From NCBI GenBank assembly GCA_964605735.1, contig CAZSDS010000001.1:480126-544125 (forward strand): a stretch of DNA of 64,000 bases. Reading direction: 5' to 3'. Both the position numbers and the translations under genes were made by a program. Position 1 is the first letter of the stretch, and the number at the start of each line of letters is the position of its first letter. Positions 56,021 to 64,000 of this stretch are shown here, piece after piece. Under the pieces are notes generated by a model that had not been told where the DNA came from, searched no databases, and saw only the letters and a list, made by a program, of their open reading frames with translations. Origin of the DNA: an uncultured Candidatus Saccharibacteria bacterium. Its GTDB lineage: Bacteria > Patescibacteriota > Doudnabacteria > UBA920 > O2-02-FULL-48-8.

Positions 56021-57790
56021 CTAGCCTTGGTCGTAAAGTCGCACTTCTTGCGTAAGTTTTGAAAACTCTGCTGAAAGTTTTAGGAGAGCTTCTTTGTCGT
56101 GAGCACGCTCCGCAGCTTTTAGCTGTTCGGTGATGCTTTGCATCCGCTCTTTGATGACGACTTTCTTAAGCTCCGCCTTAACACGCAGCAGCTCTGTCTC
56201 CGGCTTCCAATTCTGTTCCTTTCCCTCCTCTGTTGCCGCAAACAGTAGCAATTCAATTTTCCCCGCCAGTTCCGGATGGGACTTTTCCACATCCTTGGCA
56301 CTAACAAAACCGCGCTCTAAGAGCAGGCGGTAAATTGGGCGGTTATTCTCTGAGAAATCTTGCTCCCCAAAATCCTTCAAATGGCCTATATTCTTGGCCG
56401 CAAGGCTTAAGCCTAGTAATTGATCTTCCAGGATCTCGCGCCGGTTTTTGCGTATTTCTGGGCCTTTTTGGGGCTTTACCGGCTTTGGGAGACTTAACCT
56501 ATTTATTATATCCCAAATCGCCTGTTCTGCAACATCTATCCCATTACTTAACTTACGAACAAAATGCCCGCGGGTAACAGGATCTGACATACGCAGGATC
56601 AGCGGCGCCAGCTCTTTGGTGACCTGTCTCTTAACTTCCACATTCGAAACATCAGCGTTTCGCAAGGTTACGTCAAAGAAAAACTCCGCGAAATTAGGCG
56701 CCGTGTCCACTGCCTTGCGCCACAACCCGATTCCTTTCTTTATCAGTTCATCTGGGTCTTTCGCCCCTTTCATGTCTGCAATCTTTACATTAAAGCCCAG
56801 GTTCAATGCTTCCTCCAGTGCGCGCCTGGTGGCGGTCATACCCGCGGAATCAGTATCAAAAGCAAAAATAAGATTTTCAGTGAAACGCTGAAGGGCCCTC
56901 ATCTGGTCAGACCCAAGCGCTGTTCCGGAAGATGCCACTGTCTGGTTGAATCCTGCCTGATGGGCGGATATCACATCCATATTCCCCTCCACCAACACGG
57001 CCCTGTTCTCTTTTCTGATTTGGTTCTTGGCCTGAAACAGCCCAAACAGTTCCCTGCTCTTGTGGTAAATTGGCGTTTCCGGAGTGTTCACGTATTTGGC
57101 AGTATCTTTTTTATCTTTTAAGATGCGGCCGGTAAACCCAACCACTTGCCCATGGATATTCAAAATCGGGAACATGACTCGCCCCCTGAACCGGTCAAAA
57201 AACTTGTCCTGCTCATTGCGCGGTTCATCTTTTTTGACTATCAATCCAGCCAGAACAATGTCTTCTTTTGGAAAATATTTGCCCAAAAAAGTTTCCAAAA
57301 CATGAAAGTCGTCAGGCGCAAACCCTAGTTGCCAGTTTCTGATTGTCTGGTCAGTCAAACCGCGCCCTCTTAAATACAAAAGCGCTTCATTCCCCGCCCT
57401 GCTCTCCCACAACACTTTGCTGAAAAATTTGGCTGCTGCAGTGTTAATGTCATAAAGCGTATGCTTTTTTTCAGTGGTCTTGATTTCTTCCTGTGTTGGT
57501 TTACGCAACTCAATCCCCGCCCGGTCTGCAAGAATTTTCAGCGCTTCCGCAAACTCCACATTTTCAGCCAGTTTGATGAACTCAAAAATATCCCCGCCCA
57601 AGCCGCAGCCAAAACAGTGCCAAATCTGCTTGCTCGGCGACACCATCAAAGACGGTGTCTTTTCATTATGGAAAGGACACACGGCTTTCAGATTGGTCCC
57701 GGCCTTTTTCATCTGAATATAGTCGGCCAATACATCAGTAATCGGCAACCGGTCTTTAATCTGCTGAATTGGACTGTCGAATGTAGCCAT
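56021..57790 (-). CDS. dnaG: DNA primase
   Basis: Zinc-binding CPFHNEKTPSLMV...HCFGCGLGGD, and a TOPRIM region with E...DxD (LVEGNMDVIS, AFDTDSAG). Classic rpoD-dnaG arrangement. Confidence 0.9.
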   Translation of the reverse strand: MATFDSPIQQIKDRLPITDVLADYIQMKKAGTNLKAVCPFHNEKTPSLMVSPSKQIWHCFGCGLGGDIFEFIKLAENVEFAEALKILADRAGIELRKPTQEEIKTTEKKHTLYDINTAAAKFFSKVLWESRAGNEALLYLRGRGLTDQTIRNWQLGFAPDDFHVLETFLGKYFPKEDIVLAGLIVKKDEPRNEQDKFFDRFRGRVMFPILNIHGQVVGFTGRILKDKKDTAKYVNTPETPIYHKSRELFGLFQAKNQIRKENRAVLVEGNMDVISAHQAGFNQTVASSGTALGSDQMRALQRFTENLIFAFDTDSAGMTATRRALEEALNLGFNVKIADMKGAKDPDELIKKGIGLWRKAVDTAPNFAEFFFDVTLRNADVSNVEVKRQVTKELAPLILRMSDPVTRGHFVRKLSNGIDVAEQAIWDIINRLSLPKPVKPQKGPEIRKNRREILEDQLLGLSLAAKNIGHLKDFGEQDFSENNRPIYRLLLERGFVSAKDVEKSHPELAGKIELLLFAATEEGKEQNWKPETELLRVKAELKKVVIKERMQSITEQLKAAERAHDKEALLKLSAEFSKLTQEVRLYDQG

Positions 57791-57791
57791 C

Positions 57792-58265
57792 CTAAATTAG
57801 CGCTTGTTTAGCTTTTTTAAGCATCTCTTTATCCCCATTATACTTCAACTTTTTGGCGGCTTCATCCAGCTCAAACCAGACAGCTTCCGCAACCTCATTG
57901 TCATGGTTTGCCGTGTCCCCGCTGACATATTCCATCAGGTAAAAATGCACAGTCTTGGCAATCCTCTGACCCTGCCAGGTAAAGAAATAATTGGATTCGC
58001 CAAGCTTGCCAATAACGCTGGCGCTGACCCCGGTTTCCTCACGCACTTCTCTCAGGGCTGCCTGTTCGTAAGATTCAGTCCCGTGATCACCCACCAAACC
58101 TTTTGGAAAGGTCCAGGCAGGTACAAACGAGCTGTCTTTAAACTCTTTTCTCTTCATTGGCATTATCAATAAAACAAAAACCCGCCCGTCTTGTTTTTTG
58201 TAAACAATGCCGCCAGCGGACACTTCCCTGCTCGTTCTCTTGCGTTGTTGCAGTCTTTCGTTCAT
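57792..58265 (-). CDS. NUDIX hydrolase
   Basis: Nudix box ...GDHGTESYEQAALREVREETGV. Confidence 0.8.
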   Translation of the reverse strand: MNERLQQRKRTSREVSAGGIVYKKQDGRVFVLLIMPMKRKEFKDSSFVPAWTFPKGLVGDHGTESYEQAALREVREETGVSASVIGKLGESNYFFTWQGQRIAKTVHFYLMEYVSGDTANHDNEVAEAVWFELDEAAKKLKYNGDKEMLKKAKQALI

Positions 58266-58321
58266 TCATTCTCCCGAATATGTTCAGAGGTTTGCCTACC
58301 AATTAATGATATGCAAACCTC

Positions 58322-58409
58322 TGGCGGAGAGGGGGGGATTCGAACCCCCGATACCTTGCGGTAAACTCGCTTTCCAAGCGAGCGCACTAGGCCACTATGC
58401 GACCTCTCC
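58322..58409 (-). tRNA. tRNA-Ser (anticodon GGA), 88 nt with long variable arm and encoded CCA
   Basis: Reverse complement: GGAGAGG..GCA-TAGTGGCCTAG-TGC..CTCGC-TTGGAAA-GCGAG-variable arm (TTTACCGCAAGGTATC)-GGGGG-TTCGAAT-CCCCC-CCTCTCC-G-CCA. Confidence 0.85.
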
Positions 58410-58568
58410 AAAGCCCCTATTTCCTGCGATAAATTAGTTATCCATCAGGCGGTTAGCCGCCTTATTATACCTAAAATCACTGTTTTTATCAAACCTTATA
58501 TACCCTGCTGTTGAAGCGGGCAAACCATGCCTTGCTATTTGTTTGATTAAGTCCTTGTTATAATTAAA

Positions 58569-59090
58569 TTGATGAGGAAATCCAAGGCTTTTACGTTAAT
58601 CGAACTGCTGGTGGTGATAGCGATCATTGGCCTGATTTCAAGCGTAGCGTTGGTCGCTATGAACAAATCCAGAGATAAAGCAAAAATTGCCAGAGCCAGA
58701 CATGACTTGAGGCAAATTTTGAATGCAATCTCAATGTTGTCTTTCGATACCGGGAAATGGCCAAATGGATGCCCTCCGGAAACGCTGGGAGGACCTGAAA
58801 CCTATCTGGACAGCCAATGGGCTGGGCTGGTTTCCGCACCAACGATTGGCTTTGACAACAGTTTCAGCACCAATGCCGGCGGATGCGGCTGGGTGGCCAT
58901 GGACCAGACAAACTGGAAGGGTCCTTATCTGGCCTCTGCAACCGACCCCTGGGGGCACGCTTACTTTTATGACCCTGATTTTCATGATGTTGGAGGGGTT
59001 TTGCGGGTCGTTGTGCAGTCATTCGGACCTAACGGCGTGCAAAACTACTTTACAGGGTCCTCGGATGATATAGTTTCAATAATCAGATAA
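58569..59090 (+). CDS. type IV pilin / pseudopilin-like protein with prepilin N-terminal methylation motif
   Basis: KAFTLIELLVVIAIIGLISSVALVA is the class III (prepilin peptidase) signal. Confidence 0.8.
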   Translation: MMRKSKAFTLIELLVVIAIIGLISSVALVAMNKSRDKAKIARARHDLRQILNAISMLSFDTGKWPNGCPPETLGGPETYLDSQWAGLVSAPTIGFDNSFSTNAGGCGWVAMDQTNWKGPYLASATDPWGHAYFYDPDFHDVGGVLRVVVQSFGPNGVQNYFTGSSDDIVSIIR

Positions 59091-59116
59091 TCTTTTTTTG
59101 CGCCAAGCAGTATCGC

Positions 59117-60166
59117 TTAAAAAACGCGAGTCTTGGTTTTTTTCAACGCTGACTTTCTCGCTTTCATCCACTTACTCCAGTCTATTTTCGCCTTTTCAGC
59201 TACCTCAATAATTCGTTTCATTGTTTCAACCGTTTTGACCGGGTATTTGCCGTTGGCGGTTTCACCGGACAGCATCACAGCGTCAGCCTGATCCAATACG
59301 GCATTCGCCACATCCGACATCTCTGCCCGGGTTGGCCGCGGGTTATTGGTCATGCTTTCCAGCATTTGTGTGGCTACGATCACCGGCACGTCATATTCAT
59401 GGCAAAGCCTGGTGATCATTTTTTGGTGCAAAGGCACAAGTTCCATATCCAAATTAAGCGCCAGATCGCCGCGTGCGATCATGATGCAGTCAGCTTCATT
59501 GATAATGGATTTGATATTGGCAACCGCCTCGACCGTTTCTATTTTAGCCACTATAAACTGGTCCGGGTTGCCCAGGCGCTTGCAGTGCTCGCGCAGATCT
59601 TTTATGTCTTTGGCGGTTTTGATGAACGAAATCGCAACGCCATCCACCCCCTGCTGGATGCCAAACTCCAAATCCTTCAAATCCTTCTCAGACAGTGACG
59701 GGAGATCAACTTTAATTCCAGGCAGGCTTACGCCTTTTCTTGGCTTAACTTTTCCGGGAACAACCACACGGCATTCTGCAAAATCTTTTCCAACCTTCTG
59801 CGCTACCACTTCCACCGCACCGTCGTCTATCAAAATCACCTGTCCGGCTTTGATCCACTGCCAAATTGGCTTTTCTACAGGCAGCCCTTTTGCGCCAAAA
59901 CGGATTTTGCCGCTTTCCTTTGCTTCAAATTCCTCAAAATCACCCAGGCGCAATTTAGGCCCGCAAAGATCCTGAATTATTTTTACCTTTTGCTTCAACT
60001 TCTTTTCAAGTTTTCGGATATTCTGAATGCGCTTCCCGTGCTCTTCATGGCTGCCATGGGAAAAATTCAGGCGCGCGGCAAACAAACCAGCTTTTACCAG
60101 AGCTTCCAGTGTTTTTGGATTTTCTGATGCAGGACCGATTGTCGCCAAAATCTTCGTGTGATTCAT
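59117..60166 (-). CDS. pyk: pyruvate kinase (short form lacking C-terminal regulatory domain)
   Basis: TKILATIGPAS...ARLNFSHGSHEEH..., MIARGDLALNLDMELVPLHQK... Conserved PK barrel and active-site motifs. Confidence 0.9.
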   Translation of the reverse strand: MNHTKILATIGPASENPKTLEALVKAGLFAARLNFSHGSHEEHGKRIQNIRKLEKKLKQKVKIIQDLCGPKLRLGDFEEFEAKESGKIRFGAKGLPVEKPIWQWIKAGQVILIDDGAVEVVAQKVGKDFAECRVVVPGKVKPRKGVSLPGIKVDLPSLSEKDLKDLEFGIQQGVDGVAISFIKTAKDIKDLREHCKRLGNPDQFIVAKIETVEAVANIKSIINEADCIMIARGDLALNLDMELVPLHQKMITRLCHEYDVPVIVATQMLESMTNNPRPTRAEMSDVANAVLDQADAVMLSGETANGKYPVKTVETMKRIIEVAEKAKIDWSKWMKARKSALKKTKTRVF

Positions 60167-60434
60167 ATTTTTTAAGGGTAAATTTTAGACAAAAATTAAA
60201 TGCCATTCGGAAACGAATGACAGATTGAATAAATCAAAAATACACTCGAACTTAGAAATTGTAGCAGAAAATTGCGCTCAGAACAAGCCTGCCTGTTTTT
60301 GGCGCTTCAGCACACTGATGCCAATTATTCCAATCCCTTTTTATCCGCCCAAATACCAATATTCCCAGGAGTTAAATCCTGGGAACAGGCGCGGGAATAC
60401 CGCGAATGAATTTGCAGATCAGCGATTATTCTCA

Positions 60435-60773
60435 TTATGCGGCCACGGACCACTCATCTTCTTCGTCTTCGTCCTCATCTTCTGCGGCGGAGTCCTTAAG
60501 GTAGGCGCTTAAAACTTCCGCTTGTTCATCTTCATCGCCCATTGTATCCGTTAGCTGGTTATCAAGGTTCCTGATTTCCTTTAATATGGCTTCCGTATTC
60601 TTGCCTTTATTGATCTTTTTGATAACCCTGCTCATCAACGATGCATTTTCGCTGGTTGACCATGATTCTTCAAAAGTTTCTAATTCTTCCTTCACTTCCG
60701 GATTTTGCTCTACTTCATTTTCGCTTTCCGGGTCAAAGTATCCTTCGCCAAAGCGGCTGCCGTATTCGTTCAT
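60435..60773 (-). CDS. hypothetical highly acidic protein (112 aa)
   Basis: ORF with Glu/Asp-rich N- and C-termini. No domain recognised. Confidence 0.4.
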   Translation of the reverse strand: MNEYGSRFGEGYFDPESENEVEQNPEVKEELETFEESWSTSENASLMSRVIKKINKGKNTEAILKEIRNLDNQLTDTMGDEDEQAEVLSAYLKDSAAEDEDEDEEDEWSVAA

Positions 60774-60896
60774 AATTTTATTTCTAAAAAGCCTTTTTAA
60801 TCAACAATACTGAGTTTACAACTGCTTATTAAAATTGTCAACATTTTCCGAAAAAGCAAACTAAACAATTTGAGGCAAATAAAAAAAGCTTACCAA

Positions 60897-61298
60897 TTAG
60901 TGGTGTTGGTAAGCCTTCTTGGGCTGTTCAGCCTCAAGTTTGTCGATCAGTTCCTGAATACCCTCTTCAGTCGATTGAGGGTCCTCCTCGATGAAGTCGA
61001 CGTCTGTGACCAGTTCGCAGGGTTTCATCCGCTCCGGGTCGCCCAATCCGGTGAATTTGACCATGATCACGTTGGTTTCGAAATCATGCCCCGGAGAGAC
61101 AAACCCCACGATGCGTCCGAACTTTCCTGCACCAATGTGTCCCGGCGCCAGTTTGTTCGAAAGCACCGCCTCCCCCAGCGTCAGCTCCTTGAAAGCTTCG
61201 CCGTCTCCGCACAACAACCACATTGCAACAACAGTGCTCAGATGGTTGTACAACAGGACAAATTCGCCGTACTCCTCCACTCGGTTTATTGGACCCAT
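60897..61298 (-). CDS. hypothetical protein (133 aa), GC-rich relative to genome
   Basis: Strong SD (GAGGTGG) 5 nt upstream of the ATG. The overlapping plus-strand ORF 60870..61430 was judged spurious. Confidence 0.5.
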   Translation of the reverse strand: MGPINRVEEYGEFVLLYNHLSTVVAMWLLCGDGEAFKELTLGEAVLSNKLAPGHIGAGKFGRIVGFVSPGHDFETNVIMVKFTGLGDPERMKPCELVTDVDFIEEDPQSTEEGIQELIDKLEAEQPKKAYQHH

Positions 61299-61511
61299 AT
61301 ACCACCTCTTCTGGTATGGGTAAATGATAGCTTTAATTGCTTTTACAGTAAAGCGGAAGCAACCCGAAGGGTCTCAAATAAAAAATGCAAAAAAAAAGAC
61401 CGCGCGCAGTCAGTCAACTTAAACTCATAGAGCCACGCACAGTCTGCGGAACGCTTCAGCTTCTAGCTGATTAGATATTTCGTCAAAAGCCAAGTCAAAT
61501 CAAAGCTCGGC

Positions 61512-61748
61512 TTAAGGGTCATACGGCACCCTATTTTTCTCCGCCGCCTTAATTATCCAATTTTCCATCCGTTCAGTTCGGGTATTTATAATGGTAACTT
61601 CTTTGCCTATTTTGTCAGTGTTTTTTGCTATTGCATCTAAACTATTCAGGATTTGATTCATATTATCCTTTGTTGCCATTTTCTCTTCAATGGCTCCAAG
61701 CCGAGCATCGTGTTCTATTAACTTTTTAGAGATTTCTTTATAGCCCAT
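61512..61748 (-). CDS. small coiled-coil protein (78 aa), paralogue of 62894..63130
   Basis: The two products share length and C-terminal ...N(T/S)R(T/L)(E/N)(R/N)(M/I)ENW...(A/S)AEK... Palindrome ATATGATAAATCATAT lies ~75 nt upstream. Confidence 0.5.
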   Translation of the reverse strand: MGYKEISKKLIEHDARLGAIEEKMATKDNMNQILNSLDAIAKNTDKIGKEVTIINTRTERMENWIIKAAEKNRVPYDP

Positions 61749-61943
61749 GGATTTTGAATTAATGTAGATAACATTTTAAATCCGTATTAAGCCCAGGTCA
61801 ACAGCTCCCTTGTGGATAAAATATGATAAATCATATTTGCTTCGCTCGCTCATATTGGATGAAATGTAAACAATTTGATCAGTTCGCTCGCTTGCAAATA
61901 AAAAAGCCGCGAAAGCGCAGCCTTGGTTATCGATGAAACTTTG

Positions 61944-62282
61944 TTAGGCGTAAAGATTGTCACGCACCAGTTTAGACACCCTTATAAGCTCTGAAACCAG
62001 GTGCCTGTTGCGGTTCAGCAGACGTGCCGCTTCCAGTGTGCTAACGGAGGTTATCCTCAAGTCAGCCGTCAAGGTAACCTGCATCCTCGACATTGAGTGG
62101 CCTCCGTCGGACAATTCGAGTATTTCCTTGCGCTTGTCAGCAGACTGGTACACGGAGTCAAAAACCCCATAAACAGACTCCCTTGTCCCAACTCGGGAGA
62201 CCTTCAGCAAAGTCACGCCTCTCCTTGGCCGCAGCCGTTTCAGTTGCATCCTAACCCGTGATACATCGCTCAACCTAGCCAT
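61944..62282 (-). CDS. hypothetical basic protein (112 aa), GC-rich
   Basis: AGGAGG lies 7 nt upstream of the ATG. GC visibly higher than neighbours. Confidence 0.5.
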   Translation of the reverse strand: MARLSDVSRVRMQLKRLRPRRGVTLLKVSRVGTRESVYGVFDSVYQSADKRKEILELSDGGHSMSRMQVTLTADLRITSVSTLEAARLLNRNRHLVSELIRVSKLVRDNLYA

Positions 62283-62318
62283 TTAATATCCTCCTCTGAT
62301 TACTCAAAGTAACAAATA

Positions 62319-62342
62319 CCCAAGCATTAGTCAATGCTTGGG
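62319..62342 (-). repeat. repeated hairpin CCAAGC(A/G)T(T/C)AGTCAA(T/C)GCTTGG (three copies: 62319-62342, 62680-62702, 63367-63390)
   Basis: Three near-identical hairpins, each at the 3' end of a small minus-strand gene with adjacent A-runs. Identical reused terminator modules. Confidence 0.45.
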
Positions 62343-62369
62343 TAAATAAAAAAGACCGCAATTTGCGAT

Positions 62370-62591
62370 CTACTGACTCAAAAACCTTTCGCCTTCTTCT
62401 GTCACTTCGATGCGACACCAAGATCCAGTTTCGTCCTTGTACGCGCTGATGGTAATAAACCCCCGACCCACAGCTTCCATCAGCGTCATGAAGATGACAC
62501 CTGCATCACTGTAATGCGGAGTGTAGGTAAATGGACAACCAGTGATACCTGCATCGCTTTGGGACTTCAAGCTCCTTAATAAGTCTTTCAA
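62370..62591 (-). CDS. hypothetical small protein (73 aa)
   Basis: ORF only. Confidence 0.35.
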   Translation of the reverse strand: MKDLLRSLKSQSDAGITGCPFTYTPHYSDAGVIFMTLMEAVGRGFITISAYKDETGSWCRIEVTEEGERFLSQ

Positions 62592-62690
62592 TGCCTATGG
62601 GCGTTCACGATTGTGCTCCAAAGAGTGTCCGGTATAAAACCTCATTTGTGCCCTCCTTGGCTTTGAAAATAACAAAAAACCAAGCGTCAG

Positions 62691-62897
62691 TCAACGCTTA
62701 GTTTTTGCATACTTTGTTTTCAGAGGTTCTAAAGGATCACTTTTGACCAAATTGTGTTTAATTAAGAAATTGATAACTGGTGCACCGCAAGTTTCACAAA
62801 GCTCTGTACGACTGTACCAACCAATCGAGGCGTTTACGGTCTTAGAGTTTTCAGTTATAACCTTTTTGCATATGTCGCATTTTTTGATATTCATCAC
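62691..62897 (-). CDS. small zinc-ribbon protein (68 aa; CxxC...CxxC)
   Basis: KKCDICKK...CETCGAP. GTG start. Overlaps the upstream gene by 4 nt. Confidence 0.45.
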   Translation of the reverse strand: MMNIKKCDICKKVITENSKTVNASIGWYSRTELCETCGAPVINFLIKHNLVKSDPLEPLKTKYAKTKR

Positions 62898-63130
62898 TGC
62901 TTGAATTTAATGCCAATTTTTTCAGCTGACTGCTTAGCCCAATTTTCTATATTATTGAGTCGAGAATTTGCAATTTTTAACTCTTTCGTGGTGTTAAATG
63001 TGGTGATTGCAATTTTATCAACAGAGCTTTGCAAAACAGAAAAGCTATTTTGCATTTCATCTAATCTTTCATTGACACCGCCAAATTCGTCTTTTAAATA
63101 CTTCATGAGTGCGGTAAGATTATATTTCAT
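62894..63130 (-). CDS. small coiled-coil protein (78 aa), paralogue of 61512..61748
   Basis: See 61512..61748. Confidence 0.5.
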   Translation of the reverse strand: MKYNLTALMKYLKDEFGGVNERLDEMQNSFSVLQSSVDKIAITTFNTTKELKIANSRLNNIENWAKQSAEKIGIKFKQ

Positions 63131-63522
63131 AAATTTTTGTTAATGGATTTTAATCATAAATCTAGTATTTGAGATCGTCAATCCCTAGCTTGTGGACAAA
63201 AAAGACCGCGCACGGCGCAGTCTAGCATAGGCCACATAAACAATGCCTACTAACCACAGAACCACACCGAGTATTGCACCCCACCTTGCACCACGAATTG
63301 CATCTGGGTTAGTGTCGTCTCACATAACACCTCCTTAATTTTGGTGATATTCAGGGGTAGCAAAAAGCCAAGCATTAGTCAACGCTTGGCTGGAAGCAGA
63401 TATATGTCTAAAAATGTCCGAATTGGATGGCGAGCAGTTCGTCCAATGAGGACGTTGTGAGTTCCACGTCCGAATGGACGACTGCGAGCCTCTAATACAA
63501 GCATTTTTAGGCAAATTAAAAA

Positions 63523-63637
63523 CCCCGCACTGCCTACTTTCCCATCAGTCTTACACTGAAGTATCATGAGCGGTCTTGCGTTTCACTTCTGAGTTCGGGA
63601 TGGGATCAGGTGGTGCCACAAGCCTTGAAGCACGGGG
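63523..63637 (-). rRNA. rrf: 5S ribosomal RNA
   Basis: Reverse complement contains CCACCTGATCCCATCCCGAACTCAGAAGTGAAACGC, matching the universal bacterial 5S loop B/C region. Terminal helix CCCCGTGC/GCAGTGCGGGG pairs. Followed by a T-run. Confidence 0.8.
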
Positions 63638-63639
63638 AG

Positions 63640-64000
63640 ATTAAACTAAATTTATGTAGCCGGAAGCGTATTCGGTGTTAGTGCGAAAACCACAAAGGTC
63701 AGCGCTGCTAAGAACAACAGTACTCCAACTAGTTTGAATGACGGAGAATATTTCTGCATCAGCAATTCCATTACTTTTCCTCATCAATTATAACTAATAT
63801 TCTGAAGATTAGCAACACGAAATACTGCCGTCGATTGGAAACCTAAACAAATTTTTGCCGGATATATGCTAGAAAATGGTGCCAATTGCTTAAGATCTCG
63901 AATTGGCGAAGAGATTGGACGGGAGTAATCAGATCGTTTGCCGCGATGAGAGCATGGCCTGCCATAATCGCAGTTCACAAACCTGACAACTCCCGGTGGT
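63640..64000 (-). rRNA. possible 3'-terminal fragment of 23S rRNA (partial, runs off window)
   Basis: Sits ~20 nt upstream of 5S on the same strand. ...GCACTAACACCGAATACGCTTCCGGCTACA loosely parallels the 23S 3' end (...GGTACTAATGAACCGTGAGGCTTAACC). No sarcin-ricin loop sequence is seen in the available 360 nt, so this is uncertain. Confidence 0.3.

Noticed and set aside
60870-61430. 186-aa plus-strand ORF
   Set aside because: It overlaps the minus-strand ORF 60897..61298, which has a strong SD and more protein-like composition. The plus ORF looks like an antisense artefact.
63379-63567. 62-aa ORF
   Set aside because: It overlaps the 5S rRNA gene.
63784-63978. 64-aa ORF
   Set aside because: It lies inside the putative 23S rRNA 3' region, with no start context.

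Overview
This 64 kb window comes from a moderately AT-rich bacterial genome. GTG starts, many small proteins, sortase plus an LPXTG giant adhesin, a SipW/TasA-type fibre operon, a type IV pilin, short housekeeping genes and rRNA with possible divergence are compatible with a Gram-positive-type or CPR/Patescibacteria-like organism; that is inference, not proof.

Gene content runs left to right as follows:
- A cell-envelope block (about 0.4-11 kb): lipoprotein, a secreted transcobalamin-like multi-domain protein, three glycosyltransferases and PBP1A.
- msrB, two N-terminal-His secreted proteins, and an operon of a sortase homologue whose TLxTC cysteine reads as Ser next to a 1284-aa LPRTG-anchored surface protein.
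- Assorted envelope and housekeeping genes (rsgA, C39-like peptidase, lytic-transglycosylase-like protein, DUF2207, GT4 enzymes).
- A TasA-like / SipW signal peptidase / lamin-tail-domain operon, flanked by two proteins that end in dockerin-like modules.
- A stress/transport block (SRPBCC, FNR-like reductase, ArsR, MscS, large membrane protein).
- An apparent integrated element of about 8-10 kb beside tRNA-Asn: a large serine recombinase, an RHH protein, and a low-GC three-gene operon (a 539-aa protein, a 249-aa HNH-like protein and a 435-aa unknown). This operon is the best candidate for an undescribed defence-type system here.
- A GIY-YIG gene wedged between the intact tRNA-Asn and a degenerate 5' half-copy carrying GC-rich palindromic insertions.
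- Core genes rpoD-dnaG, NUDIX, tRNA-Ser, pilin and pyruvate kinase.
- A cluster of small, partly GC-rich paralogous gene cassettes with repeated hairpins.
- A 5S rRNA and a possible 23S 3' fragment at the window edge.

Separate from these, there is an orphan GC-rich promoter-to-terminator unit with no credible ORF (candidate sRNA), and a three-copy conserved 3'-UTR element. No CRISPR array was seen.
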